Source: Eledone cirrhosa
Taxonomy: Eukaryota
Direction of reading: 5' to 3'
Assembly: GCA_964016885.1 (NCBI GenBank)
Contig: OZ024743.1
Coordinates: 222,828,001 to 222,892,000, forward strand
Length of the DNA stretch: 64,000 nucleotides
Made by a program: the position numbers and the translations under genes. The first letter of the stretch is position 1, and the number at the start of each line of letters is the position of its first letter. This document shows positions 11,741 to 24,231 of the stretch, one piece after another. Under the pieces are notes generated by a model. The model made no database searches, had not been told where the DNA came from, and saw nothing but the letters and a program-made list of their open reading frames with translations.

Positions 11741-14700
11741 AGATCCCGAGTAATATTGTGGAGGGGAGTAACCACAGTTAAAAAATACTCAATACATTAG
11801 AGTGTAAGCATAATTATTGACTTTGCCTTTCATCCTTACGGGGTCGATAAAATAAAGTACCAGTAATGCACTGAGTAATTGCTGGCATTGTGCCTAAAGT
11901 AGAAACAATTATTTAATATAGAATTTTTTTTTACAGGACTAGAACTGTTTCATTCGTATGAAATAATTTCTATATTAAATAAATATAATTAGTAGCTTAG
12001 TTCTTTGATCCTGTGCACCTTGGGGGGGGGGGGGTCGATGAATGCAAAATGGGGAGTCGTGATTTAAACCTTGCCTTGCAACTACACGGTTTTATCTTCG
12101 CCTACTTCCGATTACGCCGATGTTAAATAATTAACAATAATAATAGAGATATAAGTGTGCAACATAAACTATGTCTAGGTTGTCTATGTAAAAGAAGAAA
12201 AAATGGAATGGGTGTTGACTTAACGTCAGTCAAATGGTGAGATGTTGGTAATTAAGGGCTAAAGCAATGGTTTTAATTTAACGTATTGATGATTCTGGCC
12301 ATGAAGATATAAAGGGTAAAGAAGGGGTGGAATTATCAGCCATGAATTTAAAAGGAAAACTTTCGTAATAGGATTAAAATTAATGCTAAAGGTTTAGTAA
12401 CGTTTAGGTATTTGCATCAATGCAAGAATAAAATATTCTTTAACTGTTGCTCAGGAAAAATAAATAATTGCAATAAAAATAGTAGCTTACCTTTAAAGAA
12501 ATATATAAGTAGAACAAGAAATAGATAGGTAGATAAATCACACGGTATCGGATCAGTTATTGTGGCTATTTCTTTCTTAGTATGTAAAAATAGGACGTGT
12601 CCAATATAGCGGAGAGTAAACCAAGAGAGGTTTTCTATTAGTCTTTTTTATAGATAGATAGATATGGATAGCAAGCTGTGGTGGAGGCGTGTGAGATGAC
12701 TACAACATATCTAGACAAACAGAAAGAGTACACACGCACACACAAATTTATATATATGTATGTGTGTGTAGATATCTCTATCTGTATATAAACAAATATA
12801 AACAGAGAAGGAGGAGGAAGAGAGCGAAAGTGAGACACGCACTGCTTGTGCCAGACGACAAACCGCCTACTAAAAATGGATGGGAGTAACAGTGTTTCAC
12901 CAAACAACAGTTTTATATTTTCCTTCCTTTTAACTTAATGTTATATACGTATTCTTTCCAGCAGTACCTACCAGTCGGACAGTGACGGAACTTACCGAAA
13001 TTTAGACAAAACTTTACTTGATCGACAGCCTCAAGGGTTTAGCTACCAACCACTTATATCTAACACATGTACTTTTTTTTTCGTCTTCCCTCTCCCCTTT
13101 TAAAGTCACCGTAACCCGATAGAGAAAAAACAGACTTTTCCCCATTATAATTATTCTGCTTACTTGATAAGCAACGTGCTACTTATCTCGATGACCAAGT
13201 TGGAATTTCTAAATTCCTTCTCATATTTATCTAAAGAGACTTCTCTTTCACTTGCGAGATAAAGACAGGAGAGAGGGGAGTTCCTCCTTTTACTTTTACT
13301 ATTATTATAAGCTTTTGAAAATTAATAGCTTCTAGGTGTTGACGTATATGCGAGATTACTAGGTGAAAATTTTAACTTCTTTCTGCTTTTTACTCGAAAC
13401 TGTTGGCTCACTCTGTCATAACTTCGGGTACAAAAATAAAGTTCTTTTAACAATGAGTCATTCATTTTTTTCCCCATTTTTGCCTGTCACGCATGAATGT
13501 TTTTCTACCACCTTTGCTCTTGTTGCTGATCCGGTGGTTCTTTTTATTTATTTATCAAATCTGTTTAATTACACACGTTGCTGTTATAAAATATTCTTTT
13601 ATTGGGTATCGGTCATTCAACTGCGGTCATGTTAATCAGTGCTAACTTAATATTAAATGCAATATTCTTATGAATTAGATTATAAAATTTCTAAGAGATA
13701 CCGTCCAGCAAACGGGTTATAGTTTTCCACCATCTCCATTTTCTTTCTTTTTTTTATCTATTTGTCATAAATATACGCATTTAGCAATTAAATAAACAGT
13801 TTTCGTTTAGTTTAAATTGTTTTTTTTTATCCCCCTCCCTCCGTTTAGTCGGTTTGGGTAGAGCAAAACTATGATCAATAACATGTAGTCTGAGGTTCAC
13901 TATGCCTAAACAAAAAATATGAGACAGTCACGACTGGAATAAAGTACCAGTAACGCACTGAGCTTGATTTAATCCACTTTCCCTTCACCCAAAATTGTTG
14001 GCCTTGCGCCTAAATCAGAAACCATTATACAGATGGTGAGTACAATGGATTGGCAGTCGTTAGAGCGTCTGACAATATGCTTAACAGTATTTATCCCAGC
14101 CCTTTACGTTTGAGTTCAATTCTCAGGTCAACTTTACTTTTCAGTCTTCCGATGTCAATAAAATAAGTACCAGTTAAGTGCAGGGAAAAATCTGGGCCGG
14201 TTTTAATACTCAATCTGTTTCTATCTACGCGGGAAAATGTTCCATTTGTATGGTACGTGCGAACGCAAAGATTCAGTCTACGACAAACTGAGTCATGATA
14301 ATTATAAATTTCGTACGTTAGTACAAGGCCCTAGAAGCTCTAGAGAATGAGATGTGTATCAGTTTAGTACAGGGGCCTGCAACAGGCAGTCCGCGGGCCA
14401 CAATCCGGCCTGCCAGACCAGTCAGAGTGGCCCGCGATTACCTTTTTTTAATGTTTACCTTGTTGGCTTATTTAGAATTTTTTTCGTAACCGTAATACAA
14501 TTTTCTGTTAGTTGACCTATACGAAAGGGCTTCACTGATAGGGTTATGTGTGTTATAATTTTCCAGTTCCATGTTATGGAAAGAAGTTGTGAATCTTTGG
14601 AATAGTGCTTATTAAATACACTGGTCAACAAAATTAAATGTATTATACTCATTATGAATGCAAACCAACTTTTTTAGACTAATTTTTCATGCTGCTTTCA

Positions 14701-14898
14701 AAATTCCAATCCATTTGTATGCAGCACGTATCAGTTTTTCAGTAGATACATGCAAATATTTACATATTTGTATATATGAAATCATTAACGTAATAAATAA
14801 GGACATATTATTTTTAGAAAGTAAATGAGTTTATTGAGTTAAAAAATCATCACTATCATTCTACAAAGAGTGAATACACAAAAATGGGTCAGACAAGC

Positions 14899-16231
14899 TT
14901 AGAACAACAGAGTTACAAAACATTGTGATTTGGATTTCCTGCGGTATTCCCGATCTGGTTGATCACGGTAAAGTGTCCAGCAGTAGTCAGCCAGCATACT
15001 GTCATTCCAGAAGCCTTGGTACCATTTCTCCAAAGCACTAATGTCCTGGTGAAATCTTTCACCATGTTCATCAGACATTGCTCTAAGGTTATCTGCGAAG
15101 AAATCCAGATGGGAGTCCAAGAAGTGAACTTTCAGTGACATGCGACAACCCATTGCTGAGTAACATTTCAGAAGATTCTTGATGCCATCCTTGTAGTCCT
15201 TTTCCTTCTTGTTGCCCAAGAAATTCTCACAGATCCAATTGAAATCATTCCAGGCAGGCAGTTCCAGTTCATCCAGTGTTGTCTTGAAGTTGACATCTTT
15301 GAGTACTTCTTTAACTTCACTTGTGTGATACCCTCTTTCAACTTCACTTGTGTGATTTTGGGAAACTTGTCTACAATATACTAAAGCCCTCTGGCATTTC
15401 TCTTCCCTAGTGTCTTTACAAACTGTTTCATCAGTCCAAGCTTTATGTGCAAAGGAGGCAATAAGACATTACATGGATCTACAAGAGGTGCATTCTTGAC
15501 ACTAGACAGTCCTGGCTGGTATGATGTTCTTGTCTGCCAGTTTGATTCCGAATAATGTCTGTCAGTTGCCTGACTATCCCATAGACACAAGAAATAACAG
15601 TATTTTGTGAACTCTGACTGCATTCCCATTAACATTCCAATGACTTTTAAATCTCCACATATTTTCCATGATTACCTTTCATAGGCAATGGCATGAAGTA
15701 AAAGTTCCATATTCTCATATGATTCATGAAGATGATCGGTGTGTGCAATAGGAATGGAGGGTTTCAAATTACCATTATAGAGAAGTACAGCTTTTAAATT
15801 TCGTTTTGAAGAGTCAATAAACAAACGCCACTCTGCAGGATCATGATTTTGTGATAAACATTCGAAATGTCCATCACAGGTCTCATTGCAGAATCTAAAT
15901 TGGGATACACAATTTTGTGTTTATTCTTCATAGAAAATCCTGTGACATTTACTTTGCAAAAATAGCTAATTAAAATGGTCTTTCGGCTCCCTCTCTATAA
16001 TTGGAATGGCAAAAGGCATGGACTTCTTCTTATTGAACCAGTCACGTAAGCTATTTGAGCAAGCTGAGCAGATAAAATGTGGTGCCCATAACTTGTCCTC
16101 CAAGAGGACAGTCAAAGTATAGCTTATAAATCTTCTTGATCTCTGGTGTTATTGTACATTTTTGAGCTTTCACAATAAATTGTCCACAGACAACAAAACA
16201 CATCAGGACGATTTTTACACTGTCTTGACAT
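14899..16231 (-). pseudogene. Chapaev3-like transposase pseudogene (frameshifts and stops)
   Basis: N-terminus MSRQCKNRPD.., then WAPHFICSAC, FTKYCYFLCLWDS, LLPPLHIKLGLMKQFVK, MSLKVHFLDSHLDFF, SDEHGERFHQDI and MLADYCW motifs, spread over several frames. Confidence 0.85.
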
Positions 16232-16409
16232 TGTTAACACTGTAAAACAAGTAAGGAAATAGATACAAACGGTTATACTTATATTGAAATATTTCATCAG
16301 ACCAATTATGACTGGACAATTTGAGATGTTGAAATACCTATTTCATCAGACAAAACTTGATTGGTTAATTTAAGATGACGAAATATTGCATCTGAACTAT
16401 GCAACAATG

Positions 16410-16600
16410 AATAATTGTTTCTACTATTAGCACAAGGCCAGCAATTACCCAGTGTATTACTGGTACTTTATTTTATCGACCCCATAAGGATGAAAGGCAA
16501 AGTTAACCTCAGCGGGATTTGAACTCAGAATGGCAAGGGCCGTAACTCCATGCGTCAAAGCATGGCGTCCGACCCTCTACCGATACTGCCAATTCACCTG
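16410..16600 (-). mobile_element. SINE family A inserted in the Chapaev-like element
   Basis: Full-length reverse copy. Confidence 0.85.
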
Positions 16601-17399
16601 AATAATGTAGTTTATTTTAATTTTAAAGGTATGTTTCCATGATGTAAATGAAATACATGCATACACGTCATTAATTGGAATTTCTATATAATGCCCGAGC
16701 TAAAACCAAAAAACTTTCTCATCTTGAAAACTGTACGTGGTATCAAAAAACTAATTGTATATTTGAAATCAGCATTAAAAACTACACTAAGTACACCTTG
16801 ACATATGCTTGATGAAAAATACTTGTTGACCAGTGAAATTAATGGCCCTACTAGTTGTTCCAATGTTCAAAAGTGGCCCACCAATGGAATATGTTGCACA
16901 CCCCTGTACTAAACTTTAGTACATTACTAGTATGTACATATTTTATATATTAGTATATAAACACAATTCATATTTTGGTTAAGTTATTTTTAAAAAGGAA
17001 TGAGAGAAGACCCGCACACACCACAACAAGGAGCACTGGAGTTCCCCTCTATTAATATTTGAGGCAATCCAACTAACTCGTAGCATTGCTTCTGGTGATG
17101 GCGAGGCTAAGATGCTGGTATAATCAAGCACCCTCGCGAGCATCACCTTATATGTCATTGTTAAGACCTTCGTTGTCAGTGACCCAGCTCCCCCAAACGT
17201 CCCGAACGCCACTGGGTTCGGCTTCGAAAGGATGAAAGACGGTTCAAAACTTAAAGAAATGAAACTAAATACTACAAAGCATTTAATCCGACATAACTCT
17301 GTAGCCCTGATTGATCGAGCAAACCTATGATGAAAGATGATACAGCCATGACCACTGCCGTGTTTCTTTAAATATATTTCTTTCGTTTCTTTTTAAATA

Positions 17400-17476
17400 C
17401 AGGGTGTCCCAAAAATGTATACACACTTCAACAGCATTCTAATAAACATGTGTATACATTTTTGTGGAACACCCTG
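17400..17476. mobile_element. 77-bp Tc1/mariner-type mini-MITE
   Basis: TA|cagggtgtccc-aaaaatgtatacac...gtgtatacatttttgtggaacaccctg|TA: TIRs with TA TSD. Confidence 0.8.
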
Positions 17477-17714
17477 TAGTAGAGTGTGATTTCGTGGAAA
17501 TTTGGCTGTTGTTTCTAGAAAATCAATTGACTACGTAGCAGCTCCCTTGTGATGGTATCTTGTATTAGTGCAATGCTACTAATCTTTTTGTTTGCTGTTT
17601 ATATCGCTCCAAACCGGAATTGATCTCAGAATGCAACTATGTACTCTGGTGTAAATTTCGAGCTTTGAATAAGTTCGCATATTGTGTGAAGAATACTCTT
17701 TCACTGCTTTCAGT

Positions 17715-18797
17715 CATCAGACACCTGATCAAAAGCACGCCAAGCTGATCACATCACGCGAAAATCTTACATGGTTTAAGGCAAATCCAATTGGTTTCCT
17801 TGAACAGTTCCTAACCTAGGGTGTGCGTTGGGTTCATCATTTTGAGTTACAGACAAAGAGACAATCCATGCCTGTTCCAAAGAAGTACAATGTTATTTAA
17901 TCTGAAGGGAAGGTGATGGCCTCAGTTTTGGGGGTTGTAAAAGGCATTACGTTTATTGAGTATCTTCAAAAGGGCCACACAATCAATGGAGAGTACTATG
18001 CCAACTTGTGGAGGCAGTTATCAAGACCAAACGCCCAGGAAAACTGACAAAAGGTGTCTTGTTTCATCAGGACAATGCTTCAGCACACAAGTCCTTGGTT
18101 TCAATGGCTGCTGTGCATAACTGTGGTTTTGAACTGGTTGATCACCCTCCATATTCTCCTGATCTGGGCCTGATCTGACAATCATTTGTTCCCCAACATG
18201 AAAATACACTTTGCCCGGAACCAGTATCGCAGTGATGATGATTTCATATCTGCTGTTGATTACTTTTTTGACCAACAGGATGAAAGCTTCTTCACCAATG
18301 GTATCCAACCACGACAACGCTGATGGAAGTGTGTGAACTGTAAGAGGGACTATGTTAAAAAATAAACTTCATTTGGTTACATCATGAGAGTATTGATCAG
18401 CCTATGAAATTCTTTTCTTTTTTTTTTTTTTTGCAAATTTATAGAAAGACAATTTCAGTTCTAAATACTTTTTTTTCTTCTATTAATTAAACTTACCTCC
18501 TAATGTGGTACATGGTACAAAGGACGTTTTCCCAAACCCATTTTTTAAAAACCCGACTCCTCTCCAGGTCTGAATACAGCAGATTTCTTCCAGAGAAAGA
18601 GTGTAAGAGAATAGAAGTAAGAAAGAGATATAGGGAAAGAATCGATCACATGTATTAGACTGGTACTTTTTTATCGACATTGAATAGATGAAAAGCAATG
18701 TTGACCTCAGCGGAATTTGAACTCAGAGAGCAGAGAACTGAAACGATTACCGCAAAGAGTATCTTGGTCAGCCTATGAACTGTTCAACCGACCCTCG
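17715..18797 (+). pseudogene. Mariner transposase pseudogene, 5'-truncated, with right TIR
   Basis: Decayed GKVMASV.., YLQKGHTINGEYYA, KRPGKLTKGVLFHQDNA and HPPYSPDL motifs; terminus ...gaccctcg|TA at 18797; interrupted at ~18410-18755. Confidence 0.85.
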
Positions 18798-19289
18798 TAT
18801 ATAACTGAAATTAATGATTTTGTTTTGAGGCTGAAACTTCGGGGGGGGGTTCTGTCTGTTCTTCAGGTTGTTATGGATATCTTAGCGGGCGGCTGCAACT
18901 TCTATTGCAAACACAATTTTGCCCGCGGGTTAGAAGTTTCTCGATCTTTGATCTAAAGGTACTAGCACAGACGTAGACAGCCAGTAACCCCTTACCTCTG
19001 TTGATATACGTAAAAATATATTCCGTACCATGTATCACAAAAGTCAGTCAAAGTTGAAGATTGGTTTTCATTGATATGTGTGTATGTGTTAAACAATTCG
19101 CTGGCTGTTGTGTACTTGGGGGGGGGGGGGGAGATAGGCTTCCCTTGTGCTTAAGCACACCTAAACACAATGGTAAATCTGACACTGGCAATAGCGTCAA
19201 ACGTATTTAATTTTGGGAGTCCTAGATTGGTATGCCATATCTACCAGAATTACCAGACATATGAAAAATCACATACTGGGAAATTTGTG

Positions 19290-19470
19290 TTTTGATAAAT
19301 TAATGGTTTACGCAAGAGAAACCCTATAGTTTATGTTGATTACTGGCACGTGCAAGTAATTAAAGATAAACATATTTTAATATTTTATTTCTAGGGTATA
19401 ACTACAAAAATGTTCAGCATATATGTACAAATGACATACAGGATTATGAGTAACTTTGGAGAAATTACTA
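19290..19470 (+). repeat. Unclassified dispersed repeat (second copy ~29705-29900)
   Basis: Clear sequence similarity between the two segments. Confidence 0.7.
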
Positions 19471-19975
19471 TCTATCTCTCTATATATATATATATATAAT
19501 AAATACATAATCGGAGAAAGCTAATAGCGATACTCCGGCCAAATTCCAACTCACTCAACAAACATTAGGAAATACCTGAGTATATTCCCAATTAAACGTT
19601 TGGGGTGCTAACTATATTGTATTGTGTGGATAATTGGCTGTATTATTTCATATGAGATATATCAAATATATCATTTCCCAGACGACTCGTTTCATTATAA
19701 GATTTCTACAATATATATATATATATCCAAAATTGCTGAAGATCCGGGATTTGACTACTGTGACTTTACGGATTATTGGTGAAATATATGTCTTTAATGA
19801 AATATATACAAGGAGGATTAACCATTTTTTTTAAAAGGTAATATTTGAAGCTCTAGTTAAACTTTAATTAGTTACCTACCTAGCTATGTGTGATTACACA
19901 CTTTACAAATTATCCCCTGTGATTGTTTCATGTGTTTATTTTAAATATATATATATATGTCAATCAATTTCTCGT

Positions 19976-20009
<34 letters not shown>

Positions 20010-20308
20010 TCGATAACGTCTATCTTCCACGGTAGCATGGGTTAGACGGGTCTGTCCCATTTAGAGGCAAGTTGGGTCGGGTGACCGTGTCTCACTCATA
20101 TATATATATATATATATATGGGGGGGGGGGGGGGCAATAGAAGTTAATTCGTTGTAGCGTGTGAAGAATTGGTATTGTTGTTCACTTTGGCGCGGCAGAT
20201 TTGTAGTTGTAATGTTGTCGGCTGGATGGGTGACTATGTAAAGTATTGGTCTGTCCCATATGAAGTATTGTGGGAAATGCCGTTGAATGAGCCAATATAC
20301 CAACATCG

Positions 20309-20492
20309 CTGGATTGGCAGTATCGGTAGAGGGTCGGACGCCATGCTTTCCAGCATAGTTACGTCCCTTTACGATCCGAGTTCAAATCCCGCCGAGGTTG
20401 ACTTTGCCTTTCATCCTTACGAGGTCGATAAAATAAAGTACCAGTAATGCACTGAGTAATTGTGGTCTTGTGCCAAAAGTAGAAACAATTAT
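20309..20492 (+). mobile_element. SINE family A
   Basis: Full-length copy with A and B boxes. Confidence 0.85.
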
Positions 20493-20942
20493 TTCAATAA
20501 CCTGCTTCGAGGCTATTGTTGACAATATAAGAAAACAAAACTTATGCTGTTGTGGTATATTCGTATGTGCAGTAATTAAAAAGATGCTATTTACAGTGGT
20601 GTGTAGACTGACCTTTATTGAATGTGCCAACAGGAGAATTGCTGTCGGGCCCTTGTCGAGAGAGCTGGGGTGTTTGGCTAAGAGTTACATCTCTCTCTGC
20701 TTGCTAGAGCAACTTTGTGTGATGTGTATCGTCTAAGAAACGAGAGCAGAATGGTCTCAAGAAAGTCTTATCTCTGATAAACTGTAAATTACTCTAGTGG
20801 GATACTTTCCTCCAGAAAACCTGGCGTCAATTCGGAACAATGAACATCATTTTTTCCAGGGGTCAACAGGGGGGGGCATCTTATTCACTGCCATGACTGA
20901 ATCTTAACCATCTACTAAGTCAGGGTATATCATGCATCATCT

Positions 20943-21009
20943 TATTTTATCTGATGAGGACGTACTGGTGAAGATAGCTCAGTACCTCTGAAATATGTAT
21001 AATAAAATA
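20943..21009 (+). ncRNA. Type I hammerhead ribozyme motif
   Basis: tattttat-CTGATGA-ggacgtactg..cagtacctct-GAAA-T-atgt-ATA-ataaaata: perfect 8-bp stem I and 10-position stem II with C.C at position 4; predicted cleavage after 21001. Confidence 0.8.
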
Positions 21010-21053
21010 TACTTGATCACACGAATGTCTATTTTTGTTAATATTTTGAATTA

Positions 21054-21086
<33 letters not shown>

Positions 21087-21386
21087 TATTGTTTACTAAC
21101 TGGAATGGCCAGATTTACCCATTGGTGGTAAACCACACAACATAAATGGGGTGTGTCTGTGTGTATAAATGAAGGCTTGCAATCGGAAGATTGTGAGTTC
21201 GATTCTCGGCCTGGATTATGTGTTGTGTACTTGAGCAAGATACTTTATTTCACATTGCTCCAGTTTACTCAGCTGCAGAAATGATTTGAGATGTCACTGG
21301 CGCCAAGTTGTTTTGGTCTTTGCCTTTCTCTTGGATAACATCGGTGGCATAGAGAGGGCAACACCTCCACACACACACACACACGC

Positions 21387-22315
21387 ACTCTAACTGGTTC
21401 CTGGGTAACTACCATGTCTGACAGACAACACCCCCACCCACACACACTCTAACTGGTTCCTGGGTAACTACCATGGTTTTGTGCTTAGAGCGTCACGCAT
21501 ACATTCGTGAGGTTGAGTTATTGAGCAAGACACTTTATTTCCACGTTGCTCCAGTTCCCTCAGCTGTAGAAATGAGTTGCGACATCACGGGTGCCAAGCT
21601 GTATCGGTCTTAGCCTTTCCCTTGGACAACATCTGTGGCGTGGAGGGGGGGAGACCAGTATGCATGGGCGACTGCTGGTCTTCCACAAACAACCTTGTCC
21701 GGACTTGTGCCTCGGAGGGGAACTTTCTAGTGCAAATCCCATCGTCATTGGTGACTGAAGAGGGTCTTTATCCTTAACCATGACTAACAGACATCACACC
21801 CCCTCTAACTGGTTCCTGGGTAACTACCATATCTGACAACACCCCCCCCCCTCTAACTGGTTCCTGAGTAACTACCATGTCTGACAACACCCACCCACCT
21901 ACCCCTCTAACTGGTTCCTGGGTAACTACCATATCTGACAACATCCCCCTCTAACTGGTTCCTGGGTAACTACCATATCTGACAACATCCCCCTCTAACT
22001 GGTTCCTGGGTAACTACCATATCTGACAACATCCCCCTCTAACTGGTTCCTGGGTAACTACCATATCTGACAACATCCCCCTCTAACTGGTTCCTGGGTA
22101 ACTACCATATCTGACAACATCCCCCTCTAACTGGTTCCTGGGTAACTACCATATCTGACAACACCCCCCCCCCCTCTAACTGGTTCCTGAGTAACTACCA
22201 TGTCTGACAACACCCACCCACCTACCCCTCTAACTGGTTCCTGGGTAACTACCATATCTGACAACATCCCCCTCTAACTGGTTCCTGGGTAACTACCATG
22301 TCCCCTCTAACTGGC
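21387..22315. repeat. ~40-bp minisatellite interrupted by a SINE
   Basis: Unit ctctaactggttcctgggtaactaccatatctgacaacatccc; two copies before and ~13 after the SINE at ~21480-21780. Confidence 0.9.
21480..21780 (+). mobile_element. SINE family B (CORE-like)
   Basis: ttgagcaagacactttatttc..ttgctccag..ctcagctgtagaaatgag core; related copies at 21172-21360 and 60560-60890 (-). Confidence 0.75.
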
Positions 22316-22845
22316 GCTAGATGCCATTTAGTGACACAGTCATTGATGAAAAAGAAACAAAACATTTCCTCTGTGATTCTATATCAGAAATAATACATTT
22401 GTCAGTCGACAAGATGCGGTGTTGTTATAACAATGCTGTTGTTATTGTTTTTAGTCTCCTCTCCCACCTCCAACACACATTTCATCATTCATTGTTATAT
22501 CACCATGTTTCTCCTCATTCGTCTCGACTCCAACTGAAGCAGCTGTCGGATACACTTCACAATGGACATCGTTCCTATTATATTTTACTTGTTTGGTAAC
22601 AGATGTCATGCTTGTGATCGCTTCTTTTCCAGGCTTCTGTCTTCTATTTATTGTTTTCTTGCCCTCCTTTACTTCCTTCTAACTTTGCCCTCTTCTCTCT
22701 TTTTTTACTTTTTCCAACACTATTTCTTATAACTTGTTTTTTTTTTTCATCGACTTCTAAATTGTTTTCATCGACTTATAACTTTTTATTCTTCTATCTT
22801 ATGTGACTGTCTTCTATCTGACACCCACACACACATATATATATA

Positions 22846-23037
22846 TCGGGCGATGCGTTATGTTCTTGAGCAAGACACTTTGTTTCACGTTGCTCTTACC
22901 TGGAGTTGCGACCGACAGATAGTATTAGCAATTGGGAAGACCAATGGAAACATTGTTTCCTCGGTCCGATTTGACGAGCATCACCTCACTCGTTAAGCGA
23001 ATGAGGTTTGGGATCTTGTCGATCGACTATCGATCGA
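22846..23037 (+). mobile_element. SINE family B variant with a distinct tail (reverse copy at 46117-46340)
   Basis: CORE-like motif followed by ggagttgcgaccga...gtttcctcggtccgatttgacg. Confidence 0.75.
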
Positions 23038-23067
23038 TATATATATATAGAGATTTTGAGGGCATAC

Positions 23068-23695
23068 GTGAAAGTAAATTTATTTTCATTTTCGAATGTC
23101 GTGTTTACATTTTGTGTGTGTGTTTAGATCTAAATTAGTGTCGTTTTAACTGATTATATATATATATGTATGTGTGTGTGTGTGTAGTTGACGGTTGAGA
23201 GAAGAGTACTCAATACCGAAGTAATCTTGTAATGAGGCTTGCAGAATGGTGAGTCCGCCATTCTAGACGCTGCTGCCTTGCAGAAGTCCCAAATCGAAGC
23301 TCTGACACTCTCGTCCCCATCATTCAGCAGGGATTTTGCCAGGCAGCCGCATCATCTCCGATGGTTGGGCTTCCTATTTGGAAATTGAAGGTGGGATTTA
23401 CGTTCATGATGTTGTGGTGCACGAACGGAACTTTGTAAATCCTGCGGACCTTGATGTGCACACACAGCTCATAAAGAACACATGGAGCTGTGCAAAGAAG
23501 AAGCTTCGTCGCCAGCATGTGCAAGCCTCATTACAAGATTACTTCGGTATTGAGTACTCTTCTCTCAACCGTCAACTACACACACACACACATATACATA
23601 TATATATAATCAGTTAAAACGACACTAATTTAGATCTAAACACACACACAAAATGTAAACACGACGTTCGAAAATGAAAATAAATTTACTTTCAC
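23068..23695. repeat. Fold-back structure: ~175-bp near-perfect inverted arms (23068-23243 / 23520-23695)
   Basis: The arms are reverse complements, including their internal (TA)/(TG) tracts. Confidence 0.9.
23248..23519 (+). pseudogene. Merlin/IS1595-family DDE transposase fragment
   Basis: RHSRRCCLAEVPNRSSDTLVPIIQQ, then a frameshift, then ILPGSRIISDGWASY..VHERNFVNP..VHTQLIKNTWSCAKKKLRR. Confidence 0.85.
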
Positions 23696-23911
23696 TTTCC
23701 GGGACGCCCGTCTTAACGTATGCCAATTTTGAGTATATGTTGGTTGTATACCAACACCTCAGTATGCAGTCTGGAGCACTCGACGAAGTGCGCAGGTTGG
23801 TTTGGTTACTCCGGAGTAATGTAAAATAAAGTTAAATAAAAAGTTAAATAAAAATTGACAAAATTATACACCTCAACAACATATGTACTTGTCTATACCA
23901 CACTAATTCGG

Positions 23912-23966
23912 ACTGCCTGAAGAGGTCACAGCCAAAGATGGCTGTCACTGAAATATATATAGCAGT
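23912..23966 (+). ncRNA. Type I hammerhead ribozyme motif
   Basis: actgc-CTGAAGA-ggtcacagcca-aaga-tggctgtcact-GAAA-T-atat-ATA-gcagt: 5-bp stem I, 11-position stem II with C.C at position 4, palindromic stem III loop, followed by AATAAA. Confidence 0.8.
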
Positions 23967-24049
23967 AATAAACGAAGCTAAAGTTTAAACATTTGACTTT
24001 TTATTTAACTTTATTTTATATATTGTTATACTTTGGGAGGGTCATGTTG

Positions 24050-24177
24050 CCAATAAGCTACACCAAGAGGATTGCCAAGATGAGGGAGACAAGCTACTGG
24101 GAGAGGCTGAAGGAACTGAACCTCTACTCCTTGGAGCGAAGACGGGAGAGATACGCAGTGATCTACATGTGGAAAAT

Positions 24178-24178
<1 letters not shown>
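24050..24178 (+). pseudogene. CR1-group LINE C-terminal fragment
   Basis: SYWERLKELNLYSLERRRERYAVIYMWKI. Confidence 0.75.

Positions 24179-24231
<53 letters not shown>

Larger units (their letters stand above)
14619..16835 (-). mobile_element. Chapaev3-like (CMC group) DNA transposon
   Basis: 13-bp TIRs cactggtcaacaa / ttgttgaccagtg enclosing a transposase pseudogene. Confidence 0.75.
14370..16906. mobile_element. hAT-like non-autonomous element hosting a nested transposon
   Basis: TIRs caggggcctgcaac / gttgcacacccctg, with GGCCC-rich subterminal motifs typical of hAT MITEs. Confidence 0.7.
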
